Notes: generated from the sequence alone by a model not told the origin. A stretch of 64,000 nt of DNA from an uncultured Thiothrix sp. (GCA_964420315.1 CAYQTB010000001.1:24310-88309); one strand, 5' to 3'; counted from the first letter of the stretch, positions 1 to 10,087 are shown. Numbers and translations: made by a program.

Positions 1-338
1 CGTATTTGCACGGGGTGGTGTTGGACGCCTTATCGCGCAGTGGCAGTTTCCAGTCGGTTTCCAGCCAAATGGTGGGTAAGCATGACAATTACCGTCTGGT
101 ATTGCGCGTGTCTGCGTTTCAAGCCGAATACCCACTAGGTGGCAAGGGCAGTGCATCAGTGGATGTGGTGATGGATGCATTGTTGGTACGGGTAAGCGAT
201 CAGCGTTTGCTGGGGCAGCACCGTTACGCCATCCGCAAGGACAATGTGCCTGTCAGCACGGGTAAAATTGTGGCAGCACTTGAACAGGCGTTGGGCGAGG
301 GGATTACGGCGATGGTGGTGGATTTACACGGCGGGTGA
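1..338 (+). CDS. ABC-transport auxiliary lipoprotein (DUF330 / PqiC-YmbA-like), C-terminal part; 5' end outside window
   Basis: The ORF is open to the left window edge. The layout (..DNYRLVLRVSAFQAEY.. then ..VDVVMDALLVRVSDQRLL..) resembles the C-terminal half of DUF330 lipoproteins. Recognised from memory only. Confidence 0.4.
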   Translation, partial: YLHGVVLDALSRSGSFQSVSSQMVGKHDNYRLVLRVSAFQAEYPLGGKGSASVDVVMDALLVRVSDQRLLGQHRYAIRKDNVPVSTGKIVAALEQALGEGITAMVVDLHGG

Positions 339-422
339 CTATACGGTTGTCGTGAAAACTTCGCTTGATGAATTCTAGATGAGCAGGTTTACAATTAATT
401 AACCATCTGCAATACTTGAGCC

Positions 423-743
423 ATGCCAAAAAAGAAAAGCCAAGCCGTTGCCAGTTTCACCAGAATTATTGATGAACGCTATACCATCCCTAAGCGGAAA
501 GGTGGCGGTTCTATCAAAATTGAAGCGTGGACAAATACGACTGGCGATATAGTGAAATACAACATTGCCTACATCAACCATGCACTCTTTATGGGCGACA
601 ATGGCAGGGTTATCGGCTACGACAACGCCCATGATTACCACCACAAACACCATTTCGGCGATATTTTTCCGGTAGAAGACTTCACCACCTACGAAGAAAT
701 CGTCGAGCGGTTTGAACGCGACATCGCGGAGTACCTGACATGA
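423..743 (+). CDS. TumE-like toxin candidate (DUF6516 family)
   Basis: 106 aa. The His-rich motif GYDNAHDYHHKHHFGD matches the YDNAPHH..HHKH signature I associate with DUF6516/TumE. It shares a 4-nt ATGA overlap (740-743) with the downstream wHTH gene. Confidence 0.5.
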   Translation: MPKKKSQAVASFTRIIDERYTIPKRKGGGSIKIEAWTNTTGDIVKYNIAYINHALFMGDNGRVIGYDNAHDYHHKHHFGDIFPVEDFTTYEEIVERFERDIAEYLT

Positions 744-1114
744 GCATTGAAATCAAATCCGGCACACTGAGTGACTTTTTTACATCTGCCAAGGAAACTG
801 CGCGTCAAATTGACCGTGGCGAAACCATCACACCTAAACATACTATCTGGATGGATACCCACGATCTGATGCAACTCCTCAAGCCAGAACGGACAGCGTT
901 GGTCAAATACCTTCGTCAGGAAAAACGGGTAGCGTTTGCCGAGTTACTGACCGCAATGAATCGTACTCCCGTCAGCCTTAACAATGACCTGAATATTTTA
1001 GCCAAATACAATTTGGTCAAAATTTTTAAGGAAACTAACCCCGGTCACGGGATGCGCAAAATGGTTGAACCGGGGTTTGGTAACGAAATGCTGGAATTTC
1101 GGGTTTGCTTGTAA
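740..1114 (+). CDS. TumA-like antitoxin / HVO_A0114-type winged-helix DNA-binding protein
   Basis: 124 aa. The layout is an N-terminal linker, then a wHTH ([44 protein letters not shown]), then a short beta tail. It is translationally coupled to the upstream DUF6516-like ORF. Confidence 0.5.
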   Translation: MSIEIKSGTLSDFFTSAKETARQIDRGETITPKHTIWMDTHDLMQLLKPERTALVKYLRQEKRVAFAELLTAMNRTPVSLNNDLNILAKYNLVKIFKETNPGHGMRKMVEPGFGNEMLEFRVCL

Positions 1115-1238
1115 AGCACTTCTCGCATTGCTTGCTCCGTCACTGGATACTTCAGCACGGTATGGATTGGGAACAATTCCAGCAATTTATCCACATACTG
1201 CGCTTCGTTCGGAATTCTTGCAACACACTGAAAACAAC

Positions 1239-2462
1239 ATGGCAAACAATCACCTTATTCCACGCCACCGCACCGTTCCTGTGAAGGTTGGCAATGTCAC
1301 CGTTGGTGGCGATTACCCTGTCGTGGTGCAATCCATGACCAACACCGACACGGCGGATGCAGTGCGTACAGCAGCGCAATGCGCTGAACTGTTTCATGCT
1401 GGCTCCGAACTGGTACGCATCACCGTCAATTCCCTAGAAGCCGCGCAAGCCGTGCCGGAAGTGCGCGAACGCCTCGACAACATGGGCTGTCATGTGCCGC
1501 TGATCGGTGATTTCCATTTCAACGGACACAAGTTGCTGACCGCTGTTCCCGAATGTGCGCAAGCCCTCGCCAAATACCGCATCAACCCCGGCAATGTCGG
1601 GCGCGGCAAAAAGCGTGATGAGCAATTCGCGCAAATGATCGAATTCGCCTGCCGCTACGACAAGCCGGTGCGCATCGGCGTGAACTGGGGTTCGCTGGAT
1701 CAGGAGTTGCTGGCGAAAAAGCTTGACGAAAATAACCGACGTGCGCAACCGCTGGAACTTTACGACGTGATGCACGCCGCGCTGATCGAATCCGCGCTGA
1801 CCAGTGCTGCCAAAGCCGAAGAATACGGCTTGCCGCACGATCACATTATTTTGTCGTGCAAACTCAGCGAAGTGCAGGGCTTGGTGCGGGCTTACCGCGA
1901 TCTGGCGAGCCGTTGCGATTACCCCTTGCACCTTGGTTTGACCGAAGCGGGCATGGGCAGCAAAGGCATTGTGTATTCCACCGCAGCACTGGCGGTATTG
2001 CTGCAAGAAGGCATCGGTGACACCATCCGCATTTCCCTCACCCCCGAACCGCACGCCAAACGTGAGAAAGAAGTCATCGTTGGGCAGGAAATCTTGCAAG
2101 CATTAGGGTTGCGCTCGTTCACGCCGCAAGTGGTGGCTTGCCCCGGTTGTGGGCGCACGTCCAGCGATTATTTCCAACGCCTCGCCGAAGACATTCAAAA
2201 CTGGCTGCGCGAACAAATGCCGGTGTGGAAAAACCAATACGCAGGCGTGGAAAGCATGTCGGTCGCGGTCATGGGCTGTGTGGTTAATGGGCCGGGCGAA
2301 AGCAAACACGCTAATATCGGTATCAGTTTACCGGGTAGCGGCGAAGTGCCGGTTGCGCCGGTTTACGAAGACGGGCAGAAAACCGTCACGCTGAAAGGCG
2401 ATAATATTGCACAAGAGTTTCAGGCGTTGGTCGAGGCTTACGTGCGAAAAACTTACGGATAA
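1239..2462 (+). CDS. ispG: 4-hydroxy-3-methylbut-2-en-1-yl diphosphate synthase (flavodoxin)
   Basis: Motifs [28 protein letters not shown] and [10 protein letters not shown] (Fe-S ligands). I chose the ATG at 1239 (MANNHLIPR..) rather than the ORF-track start at 1065, which overlaps the upstream gene. Confidence 0.93.
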   Translation: MANNHLIPRHRTVPVKVGNVTVGGDYPVVVQSMTNTDTADAVRTAAQCAELFHAGSELVRITVNSLEAAQAVPEVRERLDNMGCHVPLIGDFHFNGHKLLTAVPECAQALAKYRINPGNVGRGKKRDEQFAQMIEFACRYDKPVRIGVNWGSLDQELLAKKLDENNRRAQPLELYDVMHAALIESALTSAAKAEEYGLPHDHIILSCKLSEVQGLVRAYRDLASRCDYPLHLGLTEAGMGSKGIVYSTAALAVLLQEGIGDTIRISLTPEPHAKREKEVIVGQEILQALGLRSFTPQVVACPGCGRTSSDYFQRLAEDIQNWLREQMPVWKNQYAGVESMSVAVMGCVVNGPGESKHANIGISLPGSGEVPVAPVYEDGQKTVTLKGDNIAQEFQALVEAYVRKTYG

Positions 2463-2479
2463 CCCCAAGGGAGTACAAC

Positions 2480-3259
2480 ATGAAAAAACTGTCAATGCTG
2501 GCAATCGCCGGTTTGTCGCTATTAGCCAGCAACGTCATGGCGGCTGTGAAAAGCGAAGCGGTGGAATACGAACTTGATGGCACAAAATTCGTCGGTCAGA
2601 TGTATTACGACGATGCCGTGACAGAAAAACGCCCCGGTGTCTTAGTCGTCCACGAATGGTGGGGTTTGAACGACCACGCGAAAAACCGAGCTGAAGAATT
2701 GGCGAAAATGGGCTACGTCGCATTCGCGGCGGATATGTACGGCGAAGGCAAATTCACCGATAAGCCCGAACAAGCCAAAGCATGGATGACGGAAATCACT
2801 TCCGACGTTGACGCATGGCGAGCAACAGCGAATGCCGGTCTGGAACAGCTCAAGAAAAGCGATAAAGTAGACGCGGAAAAACTCGCAGCGATTGGTTATT
2901 GCTTTGGCGGCGGCACGATGATGCAAATGGCTTACGGTGGTACGGACATTGACGGCGTGGTGAGTTTCCACGGCTCCTTGCCTTCCGCACCGGATGGCAC
3001 CGAAATCAAGACCAAAATCCTTGCGTTCCACGGCAATGCCGACGGCATGGTTCCACCCGCAACAGTGAACAAGTTTACCGAGCAGATGGAAAAAACCGGT
3101 GCGGATTGGCAGTTTGTCGCGTATGGTGGCGATGTGCGTCACGGTTTCACCAACCCGAATGCGGGCAAATACGGCATTGAAAACCTTAAATACGATGAAA
3201 AAGCCGATCAGCGTTCTTGGGCGGGCATGAAAGCGTTTTTCGATGAAATCTTCAAATAA
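2480..3259 (+). CDS. dienelactone hydrolase family protein, secreted
   Basis: Signal peptide MKKLSMLAIAGLSLLASNVMA; VLVVHEWWGL; nucleophile elbow GYCFGG; late HGF. A GGGAG Shine-Dalgarno lies 8 nt upstream. Confidence 0.8.
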   Translation: MKKLSMLAIAGLSLLASNVMAAVKSEAVEYELDGTKFVGQMYYDDAVTEKRPGVLVVHEWWGLNDHAKNRAEELAKMGYVAFAADMYGEGKFTDKPEQAKAWMTEITSDVDAWRATANAGLEQLKKSDKVDAEKLAAIGYCFGGGTMMQMAYGGTDIDGVVSFHGSLPSAPDGTEIKTKILAFHGNADGMVPPATVNKFTEQMEKTGADWQFVAYGGDVRHGFTNPNAGKYGIENLKYDEKADQRSWAGMKAFFDEIFK

Positions 3260-3262
3260 GCC

Positions 3263-3997
3263 TCAAAGCGAACGTGCGACACGGAAGCCACGGAAGACCT
3301 GGCGACCGCTGGCATAATCCTTAACCCGATAGGCGGCGCGTAAATAGCGCGGTCTGTCGTTCCACGAACCGCCACGTAGCACGCGCTCGTGGTAGTTCCC
3401 TGCCGTTTCCCACGCTTGTGCGTTCAGCGGTGCGCCGTGATAAGAGTCGTGCCAACAATCCTGCACCCATTCCCACACATTCCCACACAAGTCGTGTAAA
3501 CCAAACGCATTGGCGGGGTATGTGCCGACGGGCGTGGTCATGCCGTGCTGCATGTGGTGGTTGGCGTGTGCGCTGGTGATTTGCATTCCCCACGGGTAGG
3601 CGGCGCTGCTGCCGCTGCGGGTGGCGTATTCCCATTCGGCTTCGGAGGGCAGGCGATACGTCACGCCGTTCATGGCACTGAGCCAGTGACAATAGGCTTG
3701 CGCGTCGTCCCAACTGACGTTGATGACCGGGCGGTTGCCGCGTCCCCAGCCGTTGTCGTCGGGTAATAGCAAGCCGTTGGCGTCGCAAAACGCATCGTAT
3801 TCGTCGAAAGTCACGGGGTATTTACCGAGTGCAAACGCGGCAATGTAGACGTAGCGTGGGGGGCGTTCGTTGGCAGTGCAACCGCCTTCCACATCGTCGC
3901 GCCCCTCTATACCGCCCATGAGGAAGCGCCCCGGTGGTAGGTGAATCATGCGGGGCAAGGGCAGGGCGGTGCTGTGGTCGGGTAGTGTTGCGTACAT
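3263..3997 (-). CDS. formylglycine-generating enzyme (FGE-sulfatase domain) family protein
   Basis: Motifs YRLPSEAEWEYA, GNVWEWVQD and RVLRGGSWN are typical of the SUMF1/FGE fold. No signal peptide and no sulfatase gene nearby. Confidence 0.8.
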   Translation of the reverse strand: MYATLPDHSTALPLPRMIHLPPGRFLMGGIEGRDDVEGGCTANERPPRYVYIAAFALGKYPVTFDEYDAFCDANGLLLPDDNGWGRGNRPVINVSWDDAQAYCHWLSAMNGVTYRLPSEAEWEYATRSGSSAAYPWGMQITSAHANHHMQHGMTTPVGTYPANAFGLHDLCGNVWEWVQDCWHDSYHGAPLNAQAWETAGNYHERVLRGGSWNDRPRYLRAAYRVKDYASGRQVFRGFRVARSL

Positions 3998-4092
3998 GCG
4001 TTTATCCTAAAGCAACGCGGTCGCGCTTTCCTGTTTGGCTGACAAGCTGTCTGTGATAACTTGGCGGCTTTCATTGTTCAGGAAGCAGGGTT

Positions 4093-4809
4093 ATGCGCTG
4101 TCGGGTAAAAGTGTGCGGAATCACCTCAGTCACGGATGCGGCAATGGTCAGCGCGGCGGGGGTGGATGCGATTGGGTTGGTGTTTTACCCCAAGAGCAAG
4201 CGCAATCTGAGCATCGCGCAAGCGGCGGAAATTTGCGCGGTGATACCACCGTTTGTCACCACCGTGGGCTTGTTTTTGGATGCGGAGGCGGATGTGGTGC
4301 GCGAAGTGCTGGCAGCCGTGCCGCTGGATATTTTGCAGTTCCACGGCTCGGAAACGCCGGAGTATTGCCGCCAATTTTCACGCCCCTATTTAAAAGCGGT
4401 GGGCATGAAAGGCTTGGCGGAATCGGGTGGCTTTGCGGCGTATGCAGCGCGTTTCCCCGATGCGCAAGGCTTTTTGGTGGATAGCCACGCACCGGGCGCG
4501 GCGGGTGGCACGGGCGAAACCTTTGATTGGACGCAAGTGCCGCAGGATTACCCCAAGCCGATTATTTTGGCGGGTGGTTTAACAGCAGACAATGTAGCGG
4601 AAGCGATTCGCACCAGCCGTGTGTACGCGGTGGATGTGAGCAGCGGCGTGGAATCCGCGCCTGGTGTGAAGGATGTGGCGAAGGTGCAGGCGTTTATGGA
4701 AGGTGTCGCACGGCAGCAGGCAACGGATAGAATGTTGGCAATGGCAGAACGTTCAGTGGCGGATAGTGAAGGTCGTCGTTGGACGCGGGATGAGTTGTAT
4801 GATCGGTAA
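4093..4809 (+). CDS. trpF: phosphoribosylanthranilate isomerase
   Basis: Motifs VKVCGIT, LQFHGSE, ILAGGL and AVDVSSGVE. It carries a C-terminal tail of about 30 aa beyond the usual TrpF end. Confidence 0.85.
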   Translation: MRCRVKVCGITSVTDAAMVSAAGVDAIGLVFYPKSKRNLSIAQAAEICAVIPPFVTTVGLFLDAEADVVREVLAAVPLDILQFHGSETPEYCRQFSRPYLKAVGMKGLAESGGFAAYAARFPDAQGFLVDSHAPGAAGGTGETFDWTQVPQDYPKPIILAGGLTADNVAEAIRTSRVYAVDVSSGVESAPGVKDVAKVQAFMEGVARQQATDRMLAMAERSVADSEGRRWTRDELYDR

Positions 4810-5015
4810 GTATGCCCCCATTGTTTAAGGAATCCCTTAAAAATGCGGGTTACTGCATGGAACACCAATAGACCCGCAAAAGTTACCGCGCCCTGAAAAA
4901 TTACTTCCAGTTTAGGATGCTCTGAATCGCTGGAATGTTAGGGGAATGTTGGCAGATAAGTGACTTGTCATCGGTTTTCTGCTACAACTGACCAATTTTC
5001 CTTGAGGCTACACCG

Positions 5016-5354
5016 TTGAGCAGCGACCGCAGCATTTACCGCATTTCTTTCGTTAACCAAGACAAGATTTACGAAATTTTTGCTAAACAAGTTTATGAAT
5101 CCGATTTGTACGGCTTTGTCGTGGTCGAGGAAATCGTTTTCGGTACGCAAAGTACGCTGGTCATTGACCCCGGTGAGGAACGCCTCAAGACCGAGTTTGA
5201 AGCGGTTAAACGTAGCTTCGTTCCTATCCATTCTGTGATTCGCATCGACGAGGTGGAACACACGGGTGTCAGTAAAATTCATACGCTTGAATCCGGCAGT
5301 GTGACGGGCAATGTCAGCCCGTTCGCACGTCCGGCAGGCAAGAAAAAAGACTAA
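5016..5354 (+). CDS. DUF1820 family protein
   Basis: 112 aa; IYRISFVNQDKIYEIFAKQVYESDLYGFV is typical of DUF1820. TTG start, exact start uncertain. Confidence 0.6.
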   Translation: MSSDRSIYRISFVNQDKIYEIFAKQVYESDLYGFVVVEEIVFGTQSTLVIDPGEERLKTEFEAVKRSFVPIHSVIRIDEVEHTGVSKIHTLESGSVTGNVSPFARPAGKKKD

Positions 5355-5432
5355 AGTTTGTTATTCATCCAACCTTTCCGAATATCTCTGCTATCATACG
5401 GCGATGATTTTTCGAGTGCATGGAACGGCTGA

Positions 5433-6665
5433 ATGAACCGGAAGTGGTTACATGGGTTGCCGGTAGTGTTATTGCTTGTTGTGCTGTTGTTCGGGTATGG
5501 TACTAGGACTGACAGTGCGTTTGATGCATGGAAGCAGCAATTTCGTCAGGTCGCCCTTAATGAAGGCATCCACGCGGACAACGTGGATAAGGCTTTGCGT
5601 GGCTTGTCGCCCGATAAAAAAGTCCTGCGTCTGGAAGCTCATCAGCCGGAATTTACCAAAAGTGTTTGGGAGTACCTCGAAACTGCCGTGTCTCCCGAAC
5701 GTATCGCCAAAGGGCAAGCCTTTTTACACGATTACGCGCCGCTATTAAGCCGTATCCACGCGCAATACGGCGTACAACCCGAATACCTGTTGGCGGTCTG
5801 GGGGCTGGAAAGCAATTTTGGTAACCATACCGGGCGTTATAGCATTGTGCGTTCACTGGCAACGTTGGCGTATGCAGGGGAACCAACCCGCCGTGAATTC
5901 TGGCAGGCACAACTCATTTCAGCCTTACGCATTGTGCAAAATGGCGATATGCCGCCCATTTCCATGCAGGGTTCATGGGCAGGTGCTATCGGACACACGC
6001 AATTTATCCCCACGACGTTTGAAGCCTACGCAGTGGATTTTGACGGCGATGGCAAACGCGATTTGGTGAATAGCATTCCCGACGCCTTGGCGTCCACCGC
6101 GAATTATTTGGCAAATTCTGGTTGGGAACGTGATCAGCCGTGGGGCTTTGAAGTGCGTTTGCCAGCGAGTTTCGACTGGTCGCAAGCGGATATGGATTTC
6201 TGGTTGCCGCTGAATATCTGGGGAAAAATTGCGGGCGTGAGGGCTGTTCATGGGCAGGTATTGGATAGCAGCACTAGCAATGCCTTTGTGTTGTTACCTG
6301 CTGGGCATCGAGGTCCGGCGTTTTTGGCGTTACGCAATTTCGATGCCATTCTTAAGTACAACAATGCGCAGAATTACGCACTCGCCGTCGGTTATTTGGG
6401 GGATCGTATTCAAGGCAAGCCGCCATTATCGGCAACTTGGCCGACCGAAGAATTACCATTGAGCCATGCTCAGAAATCCGAATTGCAGTCCTTGCTGACG
6501 GTGGCGGGTTATAGCACCGAGGGGGTAGATGGAAAATTGGGGCCAAACACCCGTTCCGCGTTACGGCGCTGGCAACAAGAGGCGGGGTTTCCAGCGGATG
6601 GTTATGCTACCTTGCAACAGTTAAAGGCGTTACGCCAGCGCGTTACTGCCTCAACTCCCCGCTAA
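5433..6665 (+). CDS. lytic murein transglycosylase (MltB-like) with C-terminal peptidoglycan-binding domain
   Basis: N-terminal TM/signal segment; catalytic region WGLESNFG, GHTQFIP and YNNAQNYALAVGYL. The C-terminal PG_binding_1-like repeat is GVDGKLGPNTRSALRRWQQEAGFPADG. Confidence 0.85.
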   Translation: MNRKWLHGLPVVLLLVVLLFGYGTRTDSAFDAWKQQFRQVALNEGIHADNVDKALRGLSPDKKVLRLEAHQPEFTKSVWEYLETAVSPERIAKGQAFLHDYAPLLSRIHAQYGVQPEYLLAVWGLESNFGNHTGRYSIVRSLATLAYAGEPTRREFWQAQLISALRIVQNGDMPPISMQGSWAGAIGHTQFIPTTFEAYAVDFDGDGKRDLVNSIPDALASTANYLANSGWERDQPWGFEVRLPASFDWSQADMDFWLPLNIWGKIAGVRAVHGQVLDSSTSNAFVLLPAGHRGPAFLALRNFDAILKYNNAQNYALAVGYLGDRIQGKPPLSATWPTEELPLSHAQKSELQSLLTVAGYSTEGVDGKLGPNTRSALRRWQQEAGFPADGYATLQQLKALRQRVTASTPR

Positions 6666-6742
6666 CCGTACCGCCCACATGATACGCACCAGATTGGCGG
6701 TGGTGAAAATGGGATTAGCGTTGCATACTGGTGAATGGCGTT

Positions 6743-6774
6743 GTAGAGGCGCAAAATGTTGCGCCTCTACCTTT
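6743..6774. terminator. bidirectional rho-independent terminator hairpin between convergent genes
   Basis: Perfect 12-bp stem gtagaggcgcaa (6743-6754) / ttgcgcctctac (6759-6770), 4-nt loop, followed by cttt. It lies between the stop at 6665 (+) and the stop at 6783 (-). Confidence 0.6.
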
Positions 6775-6782
6775 GGGGTCGG

Positions 6783-7973
6783 TTACTGGGATTGCTGCGC
6801 GAACGCTTGTTTCGCCGCTTTAACCGCGACGCCACTGTTAATCTGCGCATTCATGCCGGATAACACCGCATCTAACGCGCCCAAGCAGTTCAGCACGTTC
6901 TTCTCATTGCTGGCAAAGCCCATCAAGCCAATGCGCCAGATCTTGCCTGCTAATGCACCCAAACCTGCGCCGATTTCGAGGCTGTAATCGTTGAGCAATG
7001 CGCTACGTACTGCCGCTTCATCCACACCTTTAGGCAGGGTGATGGAGTTCAGTTGTGGCAAGCGATGGGCTTCATCGACGACGAAACGCAATCCCATTGC
7101 TTCGATACCGGCTTTCAATGCTTGGTGGTTACGCGCATGACGCGCCCATGAGTTTTCCAAGCCTTCCTCTTGCAACATCACCAGTGATTCGTGCAACGCA
7201 TACAGCGTGTTGACCGCAGCGGTGTGGTGGTAGGCACGTTTGCCCGCACCGCCCCAGTACGCCATAACCAGACTCAAATCCATGAACCAGCTTTGTACCG
7301 GGGTTTTGCGGGTTTTAATGCGTTCTACGGCACGTTCGCTGAAGCTTACGGGGGAAATGCCGGGGACGCACGACAAGCATTTTTGCGTACCGGAATAAAT
7401 CGCGTCGATTTCCCATTCATCCACTTTCAGTGGCGTACCTGCCAGTGAAGTGACCGCATCCACAATGGTCAAGCAACCGTAATCGTGCGCCAGCTTCACC
7501 AGCGTTTGCGCGTCGGATTGCGCACCCGTGGAGGTTTCAGCGTGGACAAACGCCACCACTTTGGTATCAGGATTGGCTTTCAGCGCGGCTTCGACTTTGT
7601 TTGGATCAACCGGCTTGCCCCAGTCATCCATCACCATAATCGCGGTTGCGCCGCACCGTTCGACGTTTTCCTTCATGCGTCCGCCGAACACACCGTTTTG
7701 GCAAACGATTACCTTGTCACCCGGCTCGACCAGATTCACAAAGCAGGTTTCCATGCCCGCCGAACCGGGGGCAGACACTGCCATTGTTAGCGCGTTTTTG
7801 GTTTGGAAAGCGTATTGCAGCATCGCTTTCACTTCGTCCATCATGCCGACGAATAGGGGGTCAAGATGCCCCAACGTCGGGCGAGCCATTGCGCCCAAGA
7901 CGCGCGGGCTAACGTCAGAAGGACCAGGTCCCATGAGGGTGCGAACGGGCGGGTGGAAAGATTTCACTGTCAT
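6783..7973 (-). CDS. class V aminotransferase (serine-pyruvate / alanine-glyoxylate aminotransferase family)
   Basis: 396 aa. PLP-lysine context IYSGTQKCLS, plus GPGPSDV and the general AGXT layout. Confidence 0.85.
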   Translation of the reverse strand: MTVKSFHPPVRTLMGPGPSDVSPRVLGAMARPTLGHLDPLFVGMMDEVKAMLQYAFQTKNALTMAVSAPGSAGMETCFVNLVEPGDKVIVCQNGVFGGRMKENVERCGATAIMVMDDWGKPVDPNKVEAALKANPDTKVVAFVHAETSTGAQSDAQTLVKLAHDYGCLTIVDAVTSLAGTPLKVDEWEIDAIYSGTQKCLSCVPGISPVSFSERAVERIKTRKTPVQSWFMDLSLVMAYWGGAGKRAYHHTAAVNTLYALHESLVMLQEEGLENSWARHARNHQALKAGIEAMGLRFVVDEAHRLPQLNSITLPKGVDEAAVRSALLNDYSLEIGAGLGALAGKIWRIGLMGFASNEKNVLNCLGALDAVLSGMNAQINSGVAVKAAKQAFAQQSQ

Positions 7974-8014
7974 GCCTCAACATTCTCTACTAAAAAGGGT
8001 CGGATAAAACCGTG

Positions 8015-8042
8015 ATCATACTATGGAATAATAACAGGGCAA
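8015..8042 (-). promoter_or_regulatory. candidate sigma70 promoter for the aminotransferase gene
   Basis: The minus strand reads TTGCCC-N16-TATGAT, ending about 40 nt upstream of the ATG at 7973. Pattern match only. Confidence 0.3.
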
Positions 8043-8219
8043 ATGTAGGGTAATCGCTTAATCGTTCGGGTACGGGGGTAACGGCGAAGCCGCAGAAGAA
8101 GAGCATCAGGTGGAAATAGGAGTAGGGTGCATCAGCATGTTGATTTATGACATAAACTATCCTGCGGTCTTGGCGATTACCAAGAGCTCGCAGGATTGGC
8201 TAAAACCTAAAAGGCTTAA

Positions 8220-8675
8220 TTACAAACCGAAATCGTCTGTTGGAATACCCAAATCACGGCAAATTTCGCGCACGACTTGTTTTTCCTTGTCATCAAATGA
8301 GCCATCAGCGCTGCCGATTGCCATGCAAACCCGTACCATTAAACGAGCAGCTTCGGGTTTGCTACGCAGCTTACCGATCATTTTCAGAGCTTCGGCTTTA
8401 CCGATTTCATTGTCAAATTCAAAGTTTTCGGTCACTTTGTTGAAAACGGCAATCACGTCTTTGGTGTCAAAGACTTTCAACTCATCCGATTGCTGGATGA
8501 ATTTCATCATCTTTTGTTTTTCGGATGAATCAATACTGCCATCCGCCGCTGCGACTAAACCGCAACCAGCAACACAGGCTTCCATGAATTCACGGTTTTT
8601 AAATTTACCGACTTCAGTCGCCAATTTAGCACGAGCTTCCCCGGCTTTTTGTTTCAATGTATCAAAAAATGACAT
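8220..8675 (-). CDS. terB: tellurite resistance protein TerB
   Basis: 151 aa. Two TerB repeats: AAADGSIDSSEKQKM and GSADGSFDDKEKQVV. Confidence 0.85.
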   Translation of the reverse strand: MSFFDTLKQKAGEARAKLATEVGKFKNREFMEACVAGCGLVAAADGSIDSSEKQKMMKFIQQSDELKVFDTKDVIAVFNKVTENFEFDNEIGKAEALKMIGKLRSKPEAARLMVRVCMAIGSADGSFDDKEKQVVREICRDLGIPTDDFGL

Positions 8676-8826
8676 AGATAATCTCCTTAATAATTATAGC
8701 ATTATGCCAATAATTTCTTTTTGTGATTCAACGAAGAAATAATCGAAAGCCCAATAAAGGCAACGCCGATCAAACCTGTAATAATTTCTGGGGTATGGAA
8801 TTGAATACTAAAAAGGACATACGAAA

Positions 8827-8853
8827 ACAGGCACCTTAAACCAAGATGCCTGT
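8827..8853 (-). terminator. weak hairpin (possible attenuator) between the distal terD gene and terB
   Basis: 7-bp stem acaggca / tgcctgt with a 13-nt loop. On the minus strand it is followed by TTTCGT. It sits in the 217-bp gap between the stop at 8893 and the terB start at 8675. Confidence 0.3.
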
Positions 8854-8892
8854 CGACACATGTATATATGTGGTCACCACATAACACGGAAT

Positions 8893-9471
8893 TTAGCCAA
8901 GATTAACGCCCATTGATGCCGCCATCGGGCCTAAACCACCGGCAAAACCTTGACCCACTGCCTTAAATTTCCAGTCAGCATTATGGCGATACACTTCACC
9001 AAACAGCATGGCGGTTTCCACGCTGGCATCTTCCGACAGGTCATAACGCGCAATTTCAGTATTATCTGCCGCATTCACCAAACGGATATAGGCATTGCTG
9101 ACTTGCCCAAAGTTTTGACCGCGTGCTTCAGCATCGTGAATAGTCACGGCGAATACCAATTTCTTGACGTTTTCGCCCATGCCTGCAAGGTTCAATTTCA
9201 CCTGTTCATCATCACCAGCACCTTCGCCGGTTTTGTTATCGCCCAGATGTTCGACATTGCCGCACACGGATTTTTTGTTATTGTAAAAAATGAACGCGTC
9301 ATCCGATAATACTTTGCCGTTTTCGCCCAACATAAACGCAGAGGCATCCAAATCAAAGCCGGCGCCATCAGTTGCACGGGTATCCCAACCTAAACCCACG
9401 ATAACATTAGTTAAACCCGGTGCTTCTTTGGTTAAAGAAACGTTGCCACCTTTTTGTAAACTAACAGCCAT
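8893..9471 (-). CDS. terD: TerD-family stress protein (TerD/TerE paralog)
   Basis: 192 aa; [13 protein letters not shown] start; Ca-binding signature [13 protein letters not shown]; [14 protein letters not shown] tail. Confidence 0.9.
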   Translation of the reverse strand: MAVSLQKGGNVSLTKEAPGLTNVIVGLGWDTRATDGAGFDLDASAFMLGENGKVLSDDAFIFYNNKKSVCGNVEHLGDNKTGEGAGDDEQVKLNLAGMGENVKKLVFAVTIHDAEARGQNFGQVSNAYIRLVNAADNTEIARYDLSEDASVETAMLFGEVYRHNADWKFKAVGQGFAGGLGPMAASMGVNLG

Positions 9472-9508
9472 TGTAAAACTCCATTATCTTAATCGTTGAG
9501 TAAAAATC

Positions 9509-10087
9509 TTAACCAATTTGAATGCCAAATTGATCACACATTGCTTTTAAACCACCCGCATAACCTTGCCCAACCGCACGGAATTTCCATTCCTCGTTAT
9601 GGCGGTACAGTTCACCGAAAATCATTGCCGTTTCGGTGGAATAATCTTCTGCCAAGTCGTAACGCACGATTTCTGTGCCCGTAACATCATTAACCACACG
9701 AATGAAAGCATTCGCCACTTGTCCAAAATTCTGCCGACGTGCATCCGCATCATGAATGGTGACAGTAAACGCAATTTTTGTAATCTCAGCAGGAACCTTG
9801 CTTAAATCCACTTTCATTGCCTCATCGTCACCATCGCCTTGCCCGGTACGGTTATCACCGGTGTGTTCGACGGAACCGTCAGTGGATTTCAATTGGTTGT
9901 AGAAAATGAAATCCGCATCACCACGTACTTTGCCACTCGCGGTCAACAAAAACGCACTGGCATCCAAATCAAACGCGGAACCATCGGTACTGCGCTCATC
10001 CCAACCCAAACCGACTAAGATTTTGGTCAAACTGGGGTCAGTTTTGCTTAAGGAAAGGTTACCACCTTTTTGTAAACTCAATGCCAT
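9509..10087 (-). CDS. terD: TerD-family stress protein (TerD/TerE paralog)
   Basis: 192 aa; [13 protein letters not shown]; [13 protein letters not shown]; [14 protein letters not shown]. Tandem paralog of 8893-9471. Confidence 0.9.
   Translation of the reverse strand: MALSLQKGGNLSLSKTDPSLTKILVGLGWDERSTDGSAFDLDASAFLLTASGKVRGDADFIFYNQLKSTDGSVEHTGDNRTGQGDGDDEAMKVDLSKVPAEITKIAFTVTIHDADARRQNFGQVANAFIRVVNDVTGTEIVRYDLAEDYSTETAMIFGELYRHNEEWKFRAVGQGYAGGLKAMCDQFGIQIG

Noticed and set aside
1065-1238. N-terminal extensions given by the ORF track for ispG, rnfE (34524), rnfC (37785), purN (52205), serS (53476), ccoS (59600), the LysR gene (59995), uvrB (63543), suhB (31612) and nit (47493).
   Set aside because: The extensions overlap upstream genes or lack similarity to the known N-termini. 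Internal ATG starts give canonical N-termini, often with ATGA stop/start coupling or a Shine-Dalgarno.
4710-4809. The C-terminal ~30-aa tail of TrpF ending ..RRWTRDELYDR, which reminded me of C-termini seen on some small antitoxin-like proteins. It could be a gene-fusion remnant.
   Set aside because: I cannot place the motif in a specific family from memory. No partner toxin ORF follows. It may simply be a lineage-specific tail.
6679-6987. A 102-aa plus-strand ORF in the mltB / aminotransferase convergent gap.
   Set aside because: It spans the terminator hairpin (6743-6770) and then runs antisense into the aminotransferase 3' end. Its Cys/Ala-rich translation has no motifs.
8110-8742. A 210-aa plus-strand ORF covering the terB region.
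   Set aside because: It is antisense to a clear TerB gene and its translation is serine/leucine-rich with no motifs.
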